Positions 49,775 through 62,514 of a stretch of DNA of 64,000 nucleotides are shown one piece after another (position 1 is the first letter of the stretch; every line of letters begins with the position of its first letter). The position numbers were made by a program, and so were the translations under genes. The DNA is taken from the NCBI GenBank assembly GCA_965208105.1, contig OZ242318.1, positions 1,440,001 through 1,504,000 on the forward strand, in the 5' to 3' direction. The notes under the pieces are model-generated. The model made no database searches. It was not told the origin of the DNA and saw nothing but the letters and a program-made list of their open reading frames with translations. This DNA comes from Candidatus Latescibacterota bacterium. GTDB taxonomy: Bacteria > Latescibacterota > UBA2968 > UBA8231.

Positions 49775-50962
49775 TTGAAGAATGCTGATACCTTGTTCAC
49801 CTGGATTTCGCGCAAGAAAACTCCCTTCCTCCTCGCCGGCATCGCCCTGGGCGCCTCGGTGCTGTACCTGGCTCCCGTCCGATCCTCGGTCTGGACAACC
49901 CTGATGCTCAGCGATTTTCTCGCCGGGGGCTCGGCCTCTCCGTTCAAGTTGCTGAGCCCGACTCCGGAGACGAGCCGGGACACCCTGGCGGCCCCGGACG
50001 GACTGGTTCCCTTCGACCTCTACAGCCCTCCCCGGGGAGGACCTCACGCCGGCCTCGTACTGGTCCACGGCCTTGCTCACCTGGGCAACCAGGACCCGCG
50101 CATCCGGGAACACGCCGGTCGCCTGGCGCGGGCGGGGTTCGCGGTAATGGCCCCCGACCTGCGCGACATGAAGACCTATCGGCTGGGTTTTGCCGACGCC
50201 CGCTCCCTGGAGGCCTGCATCGCTCACCTGCGCCGCCTTCCCCAGGTCGATTCCGCCAGCGTCGGACTGCTCGCACCCAGCTTCGCCGCCGGCCCGGCGC
50301 TCATCGCCCTGAGCCGCACCCCCCACCCGCTGCGCTTCGCCCTGATCGTCGGCGGCTACTGCGACCTGCGCGAGACCCTGCGCTACACCCTCACCGGCGC
50401 CCACGGAGAACCCGGGGAGGAGCAGCTCCGGGGACCGGCGCGCAACCGGCGCAGCCGCTGGAAGTTCCTCGCCGGCAACCTCGACCATCTGCCCCCTTCT
50501 CCGAGCCGCTCCGAGCTGGGGCTCTTCATGGAGCGGCAGATGCGCAACCCGCGGCCTCCAGTGGAGCCCCACCTGGCGCGCTTCACCGCCGGCGAGCAGG
50601 CCCTCGTGCGTTTCATGGCCAACGAAGATCCGCAACGTTTCGACTCCCTCTACGCCGCGGTCCCGGCTCCGGTGCGGGCCTGGGTGGACACCCTTTCGCT
50701 GGACCACTACCTCGCCGCCAACCGGACACCCCTCCTCCTGGTGCACAGCACCACCGACGGCAAGGTCCCCTACACCGAGAGCCTGCGCCTGAGCCGGTCT
50801 CTGCCCCGGACCACCTCCTCCAGGCTGTATATCATCGACCTCCTCGCCCACGTCGATCTGAGTCTCCGCCTGGACTCCCTGGCCGCCCTGTGGAACCACA
50901 CCCTGCCCGGGTTGGGGCGCCTCTGGCTGCTGGCCTACCACCTGCTGGGCCACGCCCGCTGA
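49775..50962 (+). CDS. Alpha/beta-hydrolase-fold protein with N-terminal membrane anchor
   Basis: LVLVHG, LARAGFAV, LAPSFAAG elbow, LVHSTTDGKVP; start uncertain. Confidence 0.65.
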   Translation: MKNADTLFTWISRKKTPFLLAGIALGASVLYLAPVRSSVWTTLMLSDFLAGGSASPFKLLSPTPETSRDTLAAPDGLVPFDLYSPPRGGPHAGLVLVHGLAHLGNQDPRIREHAGRLARAGFAVMAPDLRDMKTYRLGFADARSLEACIAHLRRLPQVDSASVGLLAPSFAAGPALIALSRTPHPLRFALIVGGYCDLRETLRYTLTGAHGEPGEEQLRGPARNRRSRWKFLAGNLDHLPPSPSRSELGLFMERQMRNPRPPVEPHLARFTAGEQALVRFMANEDPQRFDSLYAAVPAPVRAWVDTLSLDHYLAANRTPLLLVHSTTDGKVPYTESLRLSRSLPRTTSSRLYIIDLLAHVDLSLRLDSLAALWNHTLPGLGRLWLLAYHLLGHAR

Positions 50963-50974
50963 AGGAGGCCGTTC

Positions 50975-52066
50975 ATGGTGTTCATTCCAGCCATCCTCTC
51001 CGTGATCGCCCTGGCCCTCAGCCTCGATGCAGAGTCACCGGCGCGGGGATGGAAGCCCACCGCCATCCCCCTGCTCAACTTCAGCTCCGACCACGGCACG
51101 GGTTACGGCCTGCGGTTCAATCTGTTCCACTACGACGGCTCCACCGTCCCCTACAACCGCGCCTATTCCTTCCAGGTCTTCGCCACCACCCGCGGCAAGC
51201 AGGTCCACCGCATCCGCCTCGACGCTCCGCGGCTGAAACCCGGACAGCGGCTCGAGGTTGAAGCGGTCTTCGAGAAGGAGGACTTCGCCAACTACTTCGG
51301 CGACCTGGACGCAGACGCCCTCAGGGCCTACAGCAAGGAGGAAAAGACCTATCAGCAGACCAACCCCCGGCTGCAGTTGACCTGGATCCGCACCTTGCGG
51401 CCCCCGTTCCGCGGCCGCGCCGAGCTGCGCCTGAGCCATCGCGGCATCGTCCCCAACGCCCCCGGCACAGGCCTCCTCGACCGGTTGCGTCCCCTGGGCG
51501 CCGAGGGAGGATTCCTCGCCCGGGCGGTGGCCGCCCTGCGCTGCGATACCCGCGACGACTACACCAACAGCAGCCGCGGCGTCCTCGAGGAAGTCCAGAT
51601 GGAATACAGTTGGGGAGGGAAGGGGGACTATGCCGGCGCCAGGCTGGGTCTGCAGCACCGCCACTTCATCCTCATCCTGCCCGGACTGGTCCTGGCCCAC
51701 CGGGTCCAGGCCGACCTGACCTGGGGAGATTTCCCCTTCTACGAGCAGCTTTCCCTGGGAGGCTCGGAGACCATTCGCGGCCTTTCCGCCGCCCGCCGGC
51801 GCGGCGAGGGACGCCTCCTGGGCAATGGGGAACTGCGCTGGCGCGGTGTGCGGGTCTCCAGAAGCCAGCGCATCTACACCGGCCTGGTTCTCTTCGGCGA
51901 CGTGGGCCAGACCTTCAAGCGCGGCTCCGGTCCCGGCCTCCGGCGCTGGGAGCGCGGCCTCGGCGCCGGCCTCCGCTTCCACTGGCACAGCACCATCGTC
52001 CGCGCGGACTACGGCTCTTCAGGGGAAAGAACCGGACTCTACATGACCTTCTCCCAGGTATTCTGA
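50975..52066 (+). CDS. Omp85/BamA-TamA family outer-membrane beta-barrel lacking POTRA domains
   Basis: Signal peptide, DTRDD, LGGSETIRG, GAGLRF, C-terminal Phe. Confidence 0.8.
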   Translation: MVFIPAILSVIALALSLDAESPARGWKPTAIPLLNFSSDHGTGYGLRFNLFHYDGSTVPYNRAYSFQVFATTRGKQVHRIRLDAPRLKPGQRLEVEAVFEKEDFANYFGDLDADALRAYSKEEKTYQQTNPRLQLTWIRTLRPPFRGRAELRLSHRGIVPNAPGTGLLDRLRPLGAEGGFLARAVAALRCDTRDDYTNSSRGVLEEVQMEYSWGGKGDYAGARLGLQHRHFILILPGLVLAHRVQADLTWGDFPFYEQLSLGGSETIRGLSAARRRGEGRLLGNGELRWRGVRVSRSQRIYTGLVLFGDVGQTFKRGSGPGLRRWERGLGAGLRFHWHSTIVRADYGSSGERTGLYMTFSQVF

Positions 52067-52167
52067 CGCGTTCAGGACCACGCCGGCTAAAGGAAGGTCC
52101 GAGAATTCAGGCGCCGGCCCGCTCCCGCCGCTGCTGTGGCCAGGCGGGACTCCCCGGGGCCTCAAAC

Positions 52168-53217
52168 TCAGGCCAGCTCCGCCGGCAGGTCGAGGCCGAA
52201 GCGGTCCGCGGCGGCGCGCAGCTTGGCCGCGGTTCCTGGAGGCAGCGGCACCCCGTTGGCCGATCTCTCCGCGAAAGCTTCCTGCTCCAGGTCGCCGGGC
52301 ACCTTCAGGGGCCCGACTCCCTCCCGGGTGGGCAGCGCGGCCATGGTATCGGCGAGCCGGTCGACATCGTCGCGAAAGGCCTCGAGATCGGTGAAGGTGG
52401 CGATGTCGATGGCGGCGACGAAGCTGTTCTGCGTCCCCCAGCTGACCTCCCCGCCGCGCAGCCAGGGCGTCAGCAGCGGGTTGCCCGTCATCAGGCTCGA
52501 CATGCACTCGAACAGCAGCGCGAGGCCGTAGCCCTTGTAGCCTCCCGCGGGGCGCACGAAGACGGCCCTGGCCGGGTCGGTGGTCGCCTCGCCATTCTCG
52601 TCCAGGGCCCAGTCCGCGGGGATCGCGACCCCCTTGTCGAGGGCAACGCGGATCTTGCCGTTGGCCACCACGCTGGTGGCCATGTCGAGGCTGATCGGGA
52701 CGCGATTGCGACCGGGCACGGCGATGGCGATGGGGCTGTTGTGAGTGCCCCCGGTCGTGGCCCCGGGGGGCGCCATGTTGGCGGGGCAACTGGTGACCAC
52801 GGCGATGCCGGCCAGGCCCTGAGCGGCCGCCAGGTGGGTGTAGTAGGCCATGCATCCCTGGTGCCGCGTGTTGCGGATGAGGCCCCAGCCGATACCCACG
52901 TCGCGGGCCTTGGCAATCACCTTGTTCATCGCCGCCACGGTGGGGATGGGACCGAAGGCCTGGTCGGCCTCCATCAGCAGGATGGCCGCGGTCTCCTTTT
53001 CGATCCGCACCTGGGGCCGCAGGCGCACCAATCCGCGGTCGACCCAGTCGATGTATGCCTCGACCAATTGGACGCCGTGGGAATCGACGCCTCTCATGTT
53101 GCTCCACACCAGCACCTCCGCCTCCAGGGCGGCGTCCGCCTCGGGCATTCCCAGGGCGACGAATATCCGCGTGGTGAACTCCCGCAGCCTCTCCTCTCCA
53201 ATGCGCACGTCGCTCAT
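52168..53217 (-). CDS. Ldh_2 (AllD/malate-lactate dehydrogenase-like) oxidoreductase
   Basis: GVDSHG, LDMATS, GYKGYGL. Confidence 0.88.
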   Translation of the reverse strand: MSDVRIGEERLREFTTRIFVALGMPEADAALEAEVLVWSNMRGVDSHGVQLVEAYIDWVDRGLVRLRPQVRIEKETAAILLMEADQAFGPIPTVAAMNKVIAKARDVGIGWGLIRNTRHQGCMAYYTHLAAAQGLAGIAVVTSCPANMAPPGATTGGTHNSPIAIAVPGRNRVPISLDMATSVVANGKIRVALDKGVAIPADWALDENGEATTDPARAVFVRPAGGYKGYGLALLFECMSSLMTGNPLLTPWLRGGEVSWGTQNSFVAAIDIATFTDLEAFRDDVDRLADTMAALPTREGVGPLKVPGDLEQEAFAERSANGVPLPPGTAAKLRAAADRFGLDLPAELA

Positions 53218-53326
53218 TCTCTCTCGCTTCTCCTATCGTGGAAATTTGGTAGTGATTGAGGTTGCAGACCCATCGCCGGACTCACCCTTCCCAGGCTCTG
53301 GAGAAGGAATGGCGGGAAGTCCGGAT

Positions 53327-54547
53327 CTACAGGCGATCGACTGTCCAGGCATCCAGCAGGGAATCGTCAATATCCACTCCGAAACCCGGGGCATCGCCGA
53401 CCTTGAAGAAACCATCGCGGGGCGCGGGGCGCAGGACCCGGAAGAGCTCGTTTTCGACCCCCTCGCGGGACGGCCCGAAGGTCTCCGCCATGCAAGGCAG
53501 CGGCAGGCAGGCCGAAAGATGCAATCCCCAGGGCGTGCCGGCCTGATGGAGCCAGGTGGGAACGCCCGTCTCAGCCGCCTCGCGGGCGATCCTCAGACAC
53601 TCGGTAAACCCGCCCGCCCAGCTGATATCCGGTTGAATCATCTCCGCCGCCTTCCAGCGCAAGAGCTCGCGAAAGCCGTAGCGGGTGAACTCGTGCTCGC
53701 CGGAGACGATCCACGCAGGCTGGACCTCGCGGACCAACCTCGCCATTCCCGCGTAGTCGTCGAGGGCCACGGGTTCCTCGATCCACTTGAGATTCGCCGC
53801 GGCCGCCGCCCGGGCGAAGCGGAGGGTGTATTCCACGTCCCAGCGAAGGAAGATGTCCGCCATCAGCTCCACCCCCGGTCCAATGGCGTCGCGCGCCGCC
53901 CCCACGATCTCCAGGTTTTTCGCCATTCCTTCCTCCCCTTCCCCAAGGCCGTTGCGCAGGGGGACCTTGCAGGCGGAGAAGCCGTTCTCCGCATAAAATC
54001 CAACATCTTCGCCGGTGGCGTAGGCGGGGATCTCCAGACGGGGAGAATCGGTGAACAGGCCGTAGGCCGGAGAGTCCACGATCTTGCCGCAGAGGTCGAC
54101 GAGGGCCAGGTCGATCCCGCTCAAGGCGTAGATGACGAGCCCGCGGCGGCCGTAGATGGAGGTCACGTGGTAGAGAAGATCCCAGATCTCCTCTACTTCG
54201 AGCGGATCGCGGCCGCGGACGAAGTACTGAAGGTGTCTCTCGATGATCAACGCGCCCGCGAGGCCGCCGCCTCCGAGGCCGTATCCCTTCACGCCCTTAT
54301 CGGTGGTTATCTCCACGATCAGAGCGCCCGCCTGGGCTGCGAAAGGTCCCCGCCAGTCGACGTGGCCGGTCCCCGGGGAAGGCCCCTGCGCCGCGGCAGG
54401 TGCCCGCGATCCCCCGCTGGCAAACCCCGAGGCCGGCATGGCGCGCGGGTTCAGATCGACGTGCCAGGTGCGAATGCCCGCAACGGCGTGCCGTTCCCGG
54501 GCGCGCCCCTTCAGGGAGGCGGAAAGGCTGTTTTCGCTGGATGGCAT
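53327..54547 (-). CDS. Mandelate racemase/enolase-superfamily dehydratase (rhamnonate-dehydratase-like)
   Basis: SGIDLALVDLCGK, ELMAD, WIEEP, GEHEFT, QPDISWAGG. Confidence 0.85.
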   Translation of the reverse strand: MPSSENSLSASLKGRARERHAVAGIRTWHVDLNPRAMPASGFASGGSRAPAAAQGPSPGTGHVDWRGPFAAQAGALIVEITTDKGVKGYGLGGGGLAGALIIERHLQYFVRGRDPLEVEEIWDLLYHVTSIYGRRGLVIYALSGIDLALVDLCGKIVDSPAYGLFTDSPRLEIPAYATGEDVGFYAENGFSACKVPLRNGLGEGEEGMAKNLEIVGAARDAIGPGVELMADIFLRWDVEYTLRFARAAAAANLKWIEEPVALDDYAGMARLVREVQPAWIVSGEHEFTRYGFRELLRWKAAEMIQPDISWAGGFTECLRIAREAAETGVPTWLHQAGTPWGLHLSACLPLPCMAETFGPSREGVENELFRVLRPAPRDGFFKVGDAPGFGVDIDDSLLDAWTVDRL

Positions 54548-54709
54548 GAGAAGACTCCTCCAGGACGGTGGGAGTAACGATTTTTGGCGGTGAACAATCC
54601 GATCAATTGCAGGCCCCGGCCTCACATTCTCTAAAAAAACCCGGGAGAAGGCAATGGGAGGGAGCGCGGTTGGAGCATCCCCTTCTGTTCGAGTATATAA
54701 TTTCTTATT

Positions 54710-54737
54710 GAACCGGGTTGTGCGGAGCGGTGTCGAT
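54710..54737 (+). promoter_or_regulatory. Candidate ECF-type promoter GAACCG-N16-GTCGAT upstream of the ECF sigma gene
   Basis: AAC -35 and GTC -10 cores at sigmaE-like spacing; TATAAT also at 54696-54701. Confidence 0.45.
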
Positions 54738-54754
54738 TCTCACAGGGGGGCTTC

Positions 54755-55345
54755 TTGACACCATCGGATGCAGTTTTGATGCGGCGGGTAGCGGCGCGGG
54801 ACCAGGAGGCTTTCGCGATTCTGTTCGCTCGCCACAGGGAACGGGTGAACGAGAGTCTGCGTTGGGCGATCCGGGATCCGGACCTGGCCGAGGATCTGAC
54901 CCAGGAGGTTTTTCTCAGAATCTGGAACAGGGCGGGCCAGTGGTCGGGGCAGGGGTCGTTTCGCGGATGGCTGTTCCGGATCGCGAAAAATCTGTCGCTG
55001 AATGAACTGCGCAGCAAAAATCGCCGGCGCGAACAGCCCATGGAAACTCCTTCGCCCTGGGACGAAGAGGAGGAAGAACCGCCCGTTCCGGGATGGATGA
55101 TAGACCAGGCAGCGCTGGGGCCCGACGCGGCCCTGGAACGCGCCGAGCAGAGGCGGATTTTGCAGGACCTGATCGACGCCCTGCCGGAGGAAAAACGCGA
55201 GGTTCTTCAAATGGTATACGCAGATGAGGTGGCGCTCCAGGAGGTTGCCCGGCGGCTGGATATTCCGGAGGGAACGGTGAAGTCCCGCCTGTTCCATGCG
55301 CGCCGGCAGCTCGCGGAGGCATGGGGCCGAACCTGCGAATCATGA
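54755..55345 (+). CDS. ECF (group 4) sigma-70 factor
   Basis: AEDLTQEVFLRIW, FRGWLFRIAKN (region 2); LPEEKRE, EVARRLDIPEGTVKSRLFHARRQL (region 4). Confidence 0.93.
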   Translation: MTPSDAVLMRRVAARDQEAFAILFARHRERVNESLRWAIRDPDLAEDLTQEVFLRIWNRAGQWSGQGSFRGWLFRIAKNLSLNELRSKNRRREQPMETPSPWDEEEEEPPVPGWMIDQAALGPDAALERAEQRRILQDLIDALPEEKREVLQMVYADEVALQEVARRLDIPEGTVKSRLFHARRQLAEAWGRTCES

Positions 55346-58447
<3,102 letters not shown>

Positions 58448-58506
58448 GAGCGGGATCTGTTCAACGCGTGAAGGCGGCACCGGCGGCATTTCGCTGCGAC
58501 GGGAAA

Positions 58507-59274
58507 CTACGGGCTGTGTTTCAGGGCCACGGCGCGGCTCGCGGCCAGCGCCTTCGCTGGATCGGGCAGGCGCGGGTTGAGCTCGAGGCTGGCAGGACCG
58601 GAGTAGGGGCTTGCTTCCAGGGCGGCGAAAAGCGCCTCCAGGGTCCCCTCGGTGAGGACGCCGTCGAGCAGGGACCAGTGCAGATCGTCCGCGCCGTCGT
58701 TGTCGTCGAGATGGACGTAACCCAGTTTCTCGCCGGCCGCCGCGATGACGGCGGCCGGATCTTCCGCGGAAATCTGCAGATGTCCGCTGTCCAGGAGAAG
58801 GTAGAGGTTGGGATGGTCCAGGGCGGTCAGGTAGTCGAGGGTCGCCGCGGCCGTCGGCAGGGCCTTGCCGGGGAAGTGCTCGACGCCGACCCCGATGGCG
58901 CGCGCGGCAGCATAGTCGGCCACCTGGACCAGGGACTCGGCGAAATGCGGCAGGGCCTCGAGGTTTTTTCCCGGAACCAGGTAGGCGGTTCCGATCCCGA
59001 GCTCGGCCGCCTGGTCCAGGGCCTTCCGGCAGTGGTCGATGGCCGCCTGGCGGGCCCTCGCCGTCTCCCCGTCGAGGGCGGCCTCGTCCCCCATATTGAA
59101 CGACAGCCCAATGCAGGAGAACTCCATCCCCAGTTCCCGCACCAGGACGCGGGATGAGGGGCTGCCATAGGTTCCGGCCTGCACGTCAATGGAGCGGAAG
59201 CCGATGGCAGCGATGGCTGCGAGAGCATCCTCTTCCGGACCCGGCAGTGACCAGGCGCAGCAGGATAGATTCAC
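58507..59274 (-). CDS. Sugar-phosphate isomerase/epimerase (xylose-isomerase TIM barrel)
   Basis: GVEHFP, LLDSGH, YVHLDDN, SLEL. Confidence 0.8.
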   Translation of the reverse strand: MNLSCCAWSLPGPEEDALAAIAAIGFRSIDVQAGTYGSPSSRVLVRELGMEFSCIGLSFNMGDEAALDGETARARQAAIDHCRKALDQAAELGIGTAYLVPGKNLEALPHFAESLVQVADYAAARAIGVGVEHFPGKALPTAAATLDYLTALDHPNLYLLLDSGHLQISAEDPAAVIAAAGEKLGYVHLDDNDGADDLHWSLLDGVLTEGTLEALFAALEASPYSGPASLELNPRLPDPAKALAASRAVALKHSP

Positions 59275-59313
59275 GGGACAGGTTCCTTTCCATTCGAGCC
59301 CCCGGAACGAAAC

Positions 59314-60486
59314 TTAGAAATAGGTCGCGACGCTGAAAAGGAAGGAGGCGCTTCTGACCTCGTTGTTGAAGGGATCCCTTTCCCAGTTTCGCTGGTAGTC
59401 GAGCTTGAATATCGTGTCTTCCTCGGGCCTGAAGTTGAGACCCGGGCTCAGGCGGCGATGGCTGTCTCCCCTGGAGTCAGCGTCGAAGTCCACGGCTCCC
59501 GCGCGCACAACCCCGGTAAACACCGATTCTGGCAATACCGCGATCCAGTCCTTGCCAAAGTGGGCGTTGATCTGAGTGTAGAAGCCTTGCTGGCTTCCCT
59601 GGTAGATCGCGCTCTCGGCGGGCACCTCAATGGAGGCGTTGGCGTACTCGCCGAGCAACTCCAATGACCTCCAGGACAGGTCCCAGTCCACGGCAAGGAT
59701 AGTCAGACTGCGCTTTTTGTCTATGGCCAGGCCATCGACGACCCAGGTATTGTAAGGACCGGTGTGGAACGATCCTCCAAGCTCGCAGGACGGCCGCGGA
59801 CTGACGGCCACGCGCCCCACCCAGGAGGGCCGCTTGTTGTTGTCCTCGAAGTGGCCCTTGCCCGCCGCAATCCGGGTGCCGCCCGGATCACCCAGGATCA
59901 CGCCGTCCGAAAACCCGTTGACGGCGTAGATTTCATAGGTTATCCGCGATTCGACGGTGGGATAGAAGGCGCCATAAAACCCCATGCCTCCTTCGGACAG
60001 AGCGGTGGGTATGAGCTGGGTGCTCACCAGGGGGCGGTCGGTCAGATCGTTGACCGGACTGTCGTGAGAGAGATTGAAACGCCCCAGGGGGGAGAGGATG
60101 ATCCCACCCCGGAAGGTGAGGGCGGGATGGATCTCAAAGTCGATGATGGCGATCTCAACCGCGATCTCTTCTCCCCCTTCCTCGAACTCCAGTTCGGAGG
60201 CCACGCGCACGCGGTCGGAGACCGGGGTATAGGTGAAGATGTTGAAGCGCCTGGGATCAAAGGTCAGCTCCTTTGTGATTCCATCTTCCCGTTCATAGCG
60301 GAAGTGGGCCTCGGCATAACCGCCGACCCTGGTCCCACCTCCCAGCCTGGCGATGAAGGGTTTGTTGTCGATACCTCCTTTGACCAGAGGCCGGGAACCC
60401 GTCGCCACCTGCGCTTCCACACCCGGGGCGAACCCGCCCCAAAAACTCAAGCATAGAAACAGGCTCATACCACCGAGCCGCAGCAT
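59314..60486 (-). CDS. Putative outer-membrane porin
   Basis: Signal peptide, amphipathic beta-strands, SELEFEE, C-terminal ATYF. Confidence 0.65.
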   Translation of the reverse strand: MLRLGGMSLFLCLSFWGGFAPGVEAQVATGSRPLVKGGIDNKPFIARLGGGTRVGGYAEAHFRYEREDGITKELTFDPRRFNIFTYTPVSDRVRVASELEFEEGGEEIAVEIAIIDFEIHPALTFRGGIILSPLGRFNLSHDSPVNDLTDRPLVSTQLIPTALSEGGMGFYGAFYPTVESRITYEIYAVNGFSDGVILGDPGGTRIAAGKGHFEDNNKRPSWVGRVAVSPRPSCELGGSFHTGPYNTWVVDGLAIDKKRSLTILAVDWDLSWRSLELLGEYANASIEVPAESAIYQGSQQGFYTQINAHFGKDWIAVLPESVFTGVVRAGAVDFDADSRGDSHRRLSPGLNFRPEEDTIFKLDYQRNWERDPFNNEVRSASFLFSVATYF

Positions 60487-60500
60487 ACCTGCTATCCTTT

Positions 60501-60668
60501 CTGGTGTCCCGTCGCAGAGATAGGTTGACGAAATTGGGTCGCCGAGGCGCCAGGCTCACAAGACGTCTGAGCGAGTCGTACCGGTGGTGTACGGCGAGTG
60601 AAGGCAACGCCGTGAGCCGGGATAGATCGGCGGAATAATGGCGACATATATCTGCGACGGGTCACCAG
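60501..60668 (+). mobile_element. Diverged MITE copy 3 (168 bp; 22-bp imperfect TIR CTGGTGWCCCGTCGCAGA)
   Basis: Core ctgagcgagtcgtacc..gtgtacggcgag..ggcaacgccg.gagccgggat shared with copies 1 and 2; has its own TIR pair. Confidence 0.75.
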
Positions 60669-61114
60669 TTTTGTGAAACCACTATTTCAATGGTGGTTTC
60701 TTTCACTTCCAACTCGTATCTGGACAGCGGTTTTTTCGCCGGCCCCCGGATCACGTTCCCCTCCAGGTCAAAGACAGCTCCGTGACAGGGACATCTCAGC
60801 GAGTGCTTGCCCGGCCGCACCCGGCATCCCAGGTGGGTGCAGCGGGCGCCCAGCGCCCGGTAGGAACCCTCATCCATGCGGATCAGGATGAGGGCTTCCG
60901 GCAGTCCCGCAGCCGTCACCAGGGCTACATTGTCTACTCGGAATAGTTCTTCCAGTCCGGCTTGGTCCACGATGATACGCCCCTGTACGAGCCGCGCCTG
61001 AAAGGTGGCTGCGGCGCTGCAAGCGGACAGCCCGCCGGCAACCAGACCGGTTCCGGCGGCCAACTGGACCAGAAAACGCCGCCGCGGAACATCCCTGCGT
61101 TCCTTCTCCCCCAT
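60662..61114 (-). CDS. Tat-exported Rieske [2Fe-2S] protein
   Basis: PRRRFL signal, CTHLGC, CPCHGAVFD, GPA. Confidence 0.9.
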   Translation of the reverse strand: MGEKERRDVPRRRFLVQLAAGTGLVAGGLSACSAAATFQARLVQGRIIVDQAGLEELFRVDNVALVTAAGLPEALILIRMDEGSYRALGARCTHLGCRVRPGKHSLRCPCHGAVFDLEGNVIRGPAKKPLSRYELEVKETTIEIVVSQNW

Positions 61115-61116
61115 GG

Positions 61117-62325
61117 CTACAGCGACTTGAGGAAAGCGAGCACGGCGCGCCGGTCGTCCCTGCTCAGGCCAGCATACTTGTCGCGAGAGGCCGCGGCCTC
61201 GCCGCCGTGGAAGAGAATGGCCTCACCCAGATCCGAGGTGCGGCCATCGTGCAGGTAGAAAGCCTCGCCGTTGAGGAAGTCCTTCACAAGGCGCAGGCCC
61301 CACAAAGGCGCCGTGCGCCATTCGCGGCCCGTTGCCTCCCCATCCGGGCGATAGTCCGCCAGTTCGGGTCCCATGTCGTGAAGCAGCAGATCGGAATAGA
61401 GGTGGACATCGATCGCGCTCAACTGCGGAATGGAGCTCGGGCCGGTTTTCATGGTGGGTACATGGCAGGAGACGCAGCCTATATCCGCAAAGAGGAGCTC
61501 TCCGCGCTGGACCTGGGAGGTGATGGTGCCCCGCTGCGGCGGCATGAGCTGACGCACGTACATGACGGTCTGCAACACGGTTGCGGCAGAGATCTCCGGA
61601 TCGGCCACGTCGTCGCCGACAGCCACCCCTCCAGCCTGGGGATGGGGGTTTTCCACCGGAATGAAATCGCTGGTGATGCCAATATCCTGGTGGTAGGCCT
61701 CGGCGACTTGCTGGAGCAGGGAAGAGACCTGTGCCTTGCGCGAAAAGCGCCCCAGTTGAGGCCCGGGACCGCCGCCCACCCGGGATTCGGGAACATAACC
61801 GGGAGCCCACACCATGTTGGGTCGGCCGGATATGCCGTCGCCATCGCGGTCGTCCGGGTCGGCGCGAGACAGGATGGTCTCGACCGGGATGGCCTCGATC
61901 ATTCCCATCCCGAATACCGGCGGCGGCATCCTGAACGTCCGCTCCACCCCTGCCGGCACCGCTTCGGGAGGAACGCCGGGAATCGCCTTGTCCTGGTGCT
62001 GGGGACCTCCCAGGTCCATGGCCGGGTCGCCCTCCCGGCTGAAGCGGACAAATCCCAACTCGGGCGTCCCTCTCCCATCGCCGGGATGACAGCCTTCACA
62101 ACCGACGTTGTTGAAGATGGGGCCGAGCCCTTCTCCCACGCTGAAAGCACGCTCGAAATTCTCGTCACCCATGACAAAAACGGCGTTCAAGTCGTGCGAC
62201 ATGCCTTCCAGAGGCGACTCGAAATCGTCTCCTTTCGGCGGCCTATCCGTCAAGATCGGGTCGCAGCTCATGGCTCCCAGCAGGGCGATTACACTCGAGC
62301 AGAAAAGGGTGCACGAATAGTTCAC
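61117..62325 (-). CDS. Di-heme oxidoreductase family (DHOR/DUF1111) lipoprotein
   Basis: GLGPIFN, CEGCH, CVSCH, YSDLLLHDMG, WRTAPLWG, YLHDGR. Confidence 0.88.
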   Translation of the reverse strand: MNYSCTLFCSSVIALLGAMSCDPILTDRPPKGDDFESPLEGMSHDLNAVFVMGDENFERAFSVGEGLGPIFNNVGCEGCHPGDGRGTPELGFVRFSREGDPAMDLGGPQHQDKAIPGVPPEAVPAGVERTFRMPPPVFGMGMIEAIPVETILSRADPDDRDGDGISGRPNMVWAPGYVPESRVGGGPGPQLGRFSRKAQVSSLLQQVAEAYHQDIGITSDFIPVENPHPQAGGVAVGDDVADPEISAATVLQTVMYVRQLMPPQRGTITSQVQRGELLFADIGCVSCHVPTMKTGPSSIPQLSAIDVHLYSDLLLHDMGPELADYRPDGEATGREWRTAPLWGLRLVKDFLNGEAFYLHDGRTSDLGEAILFHGGEAAASRDKYAGLSRDDRRAVLAFLKSL

Positions 62326-62364
62326 ATATACTCCTAAAATTTTATTTGGTTGTGTATACTTATT

Positions 62365-62384
62365 AATTTAGTCCAGGCTAAATT
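62365..62384. promoter_or_regulatory. DtxR/MntR-type operator-like palindrome AATTTAG-N6-CTAAATT
   Basis: Perfect 7-bp inverted repeat 40 bp upstream of the DHOR operon in an AT-rich gap. Confidence 0.6.
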
Positions 62385-62426
62385 TTCCACAAGTCCCATT
62401 TCACAACTCAGGTTGTAGTGGAGTCA

Positions 62427-62455
62427 TTGACATATCCCATTGGGTTCCACATATT
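62427..62455 (+). promoter_or_regulatory. Candidate sigma70 promoter for ppk1 (TTGACA-N17-CATATT)
   Basis: Perfect -35 box with 17-bp spacer, ~60 bp before the ATG. Confidence 0.4.
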
Positions 62456-62514
62456 TAAGCCCTATTCCCTCAAACGATCGCCGGACCTGGGGCGCCTTGA
62501 ATCTGGAAGACAGT

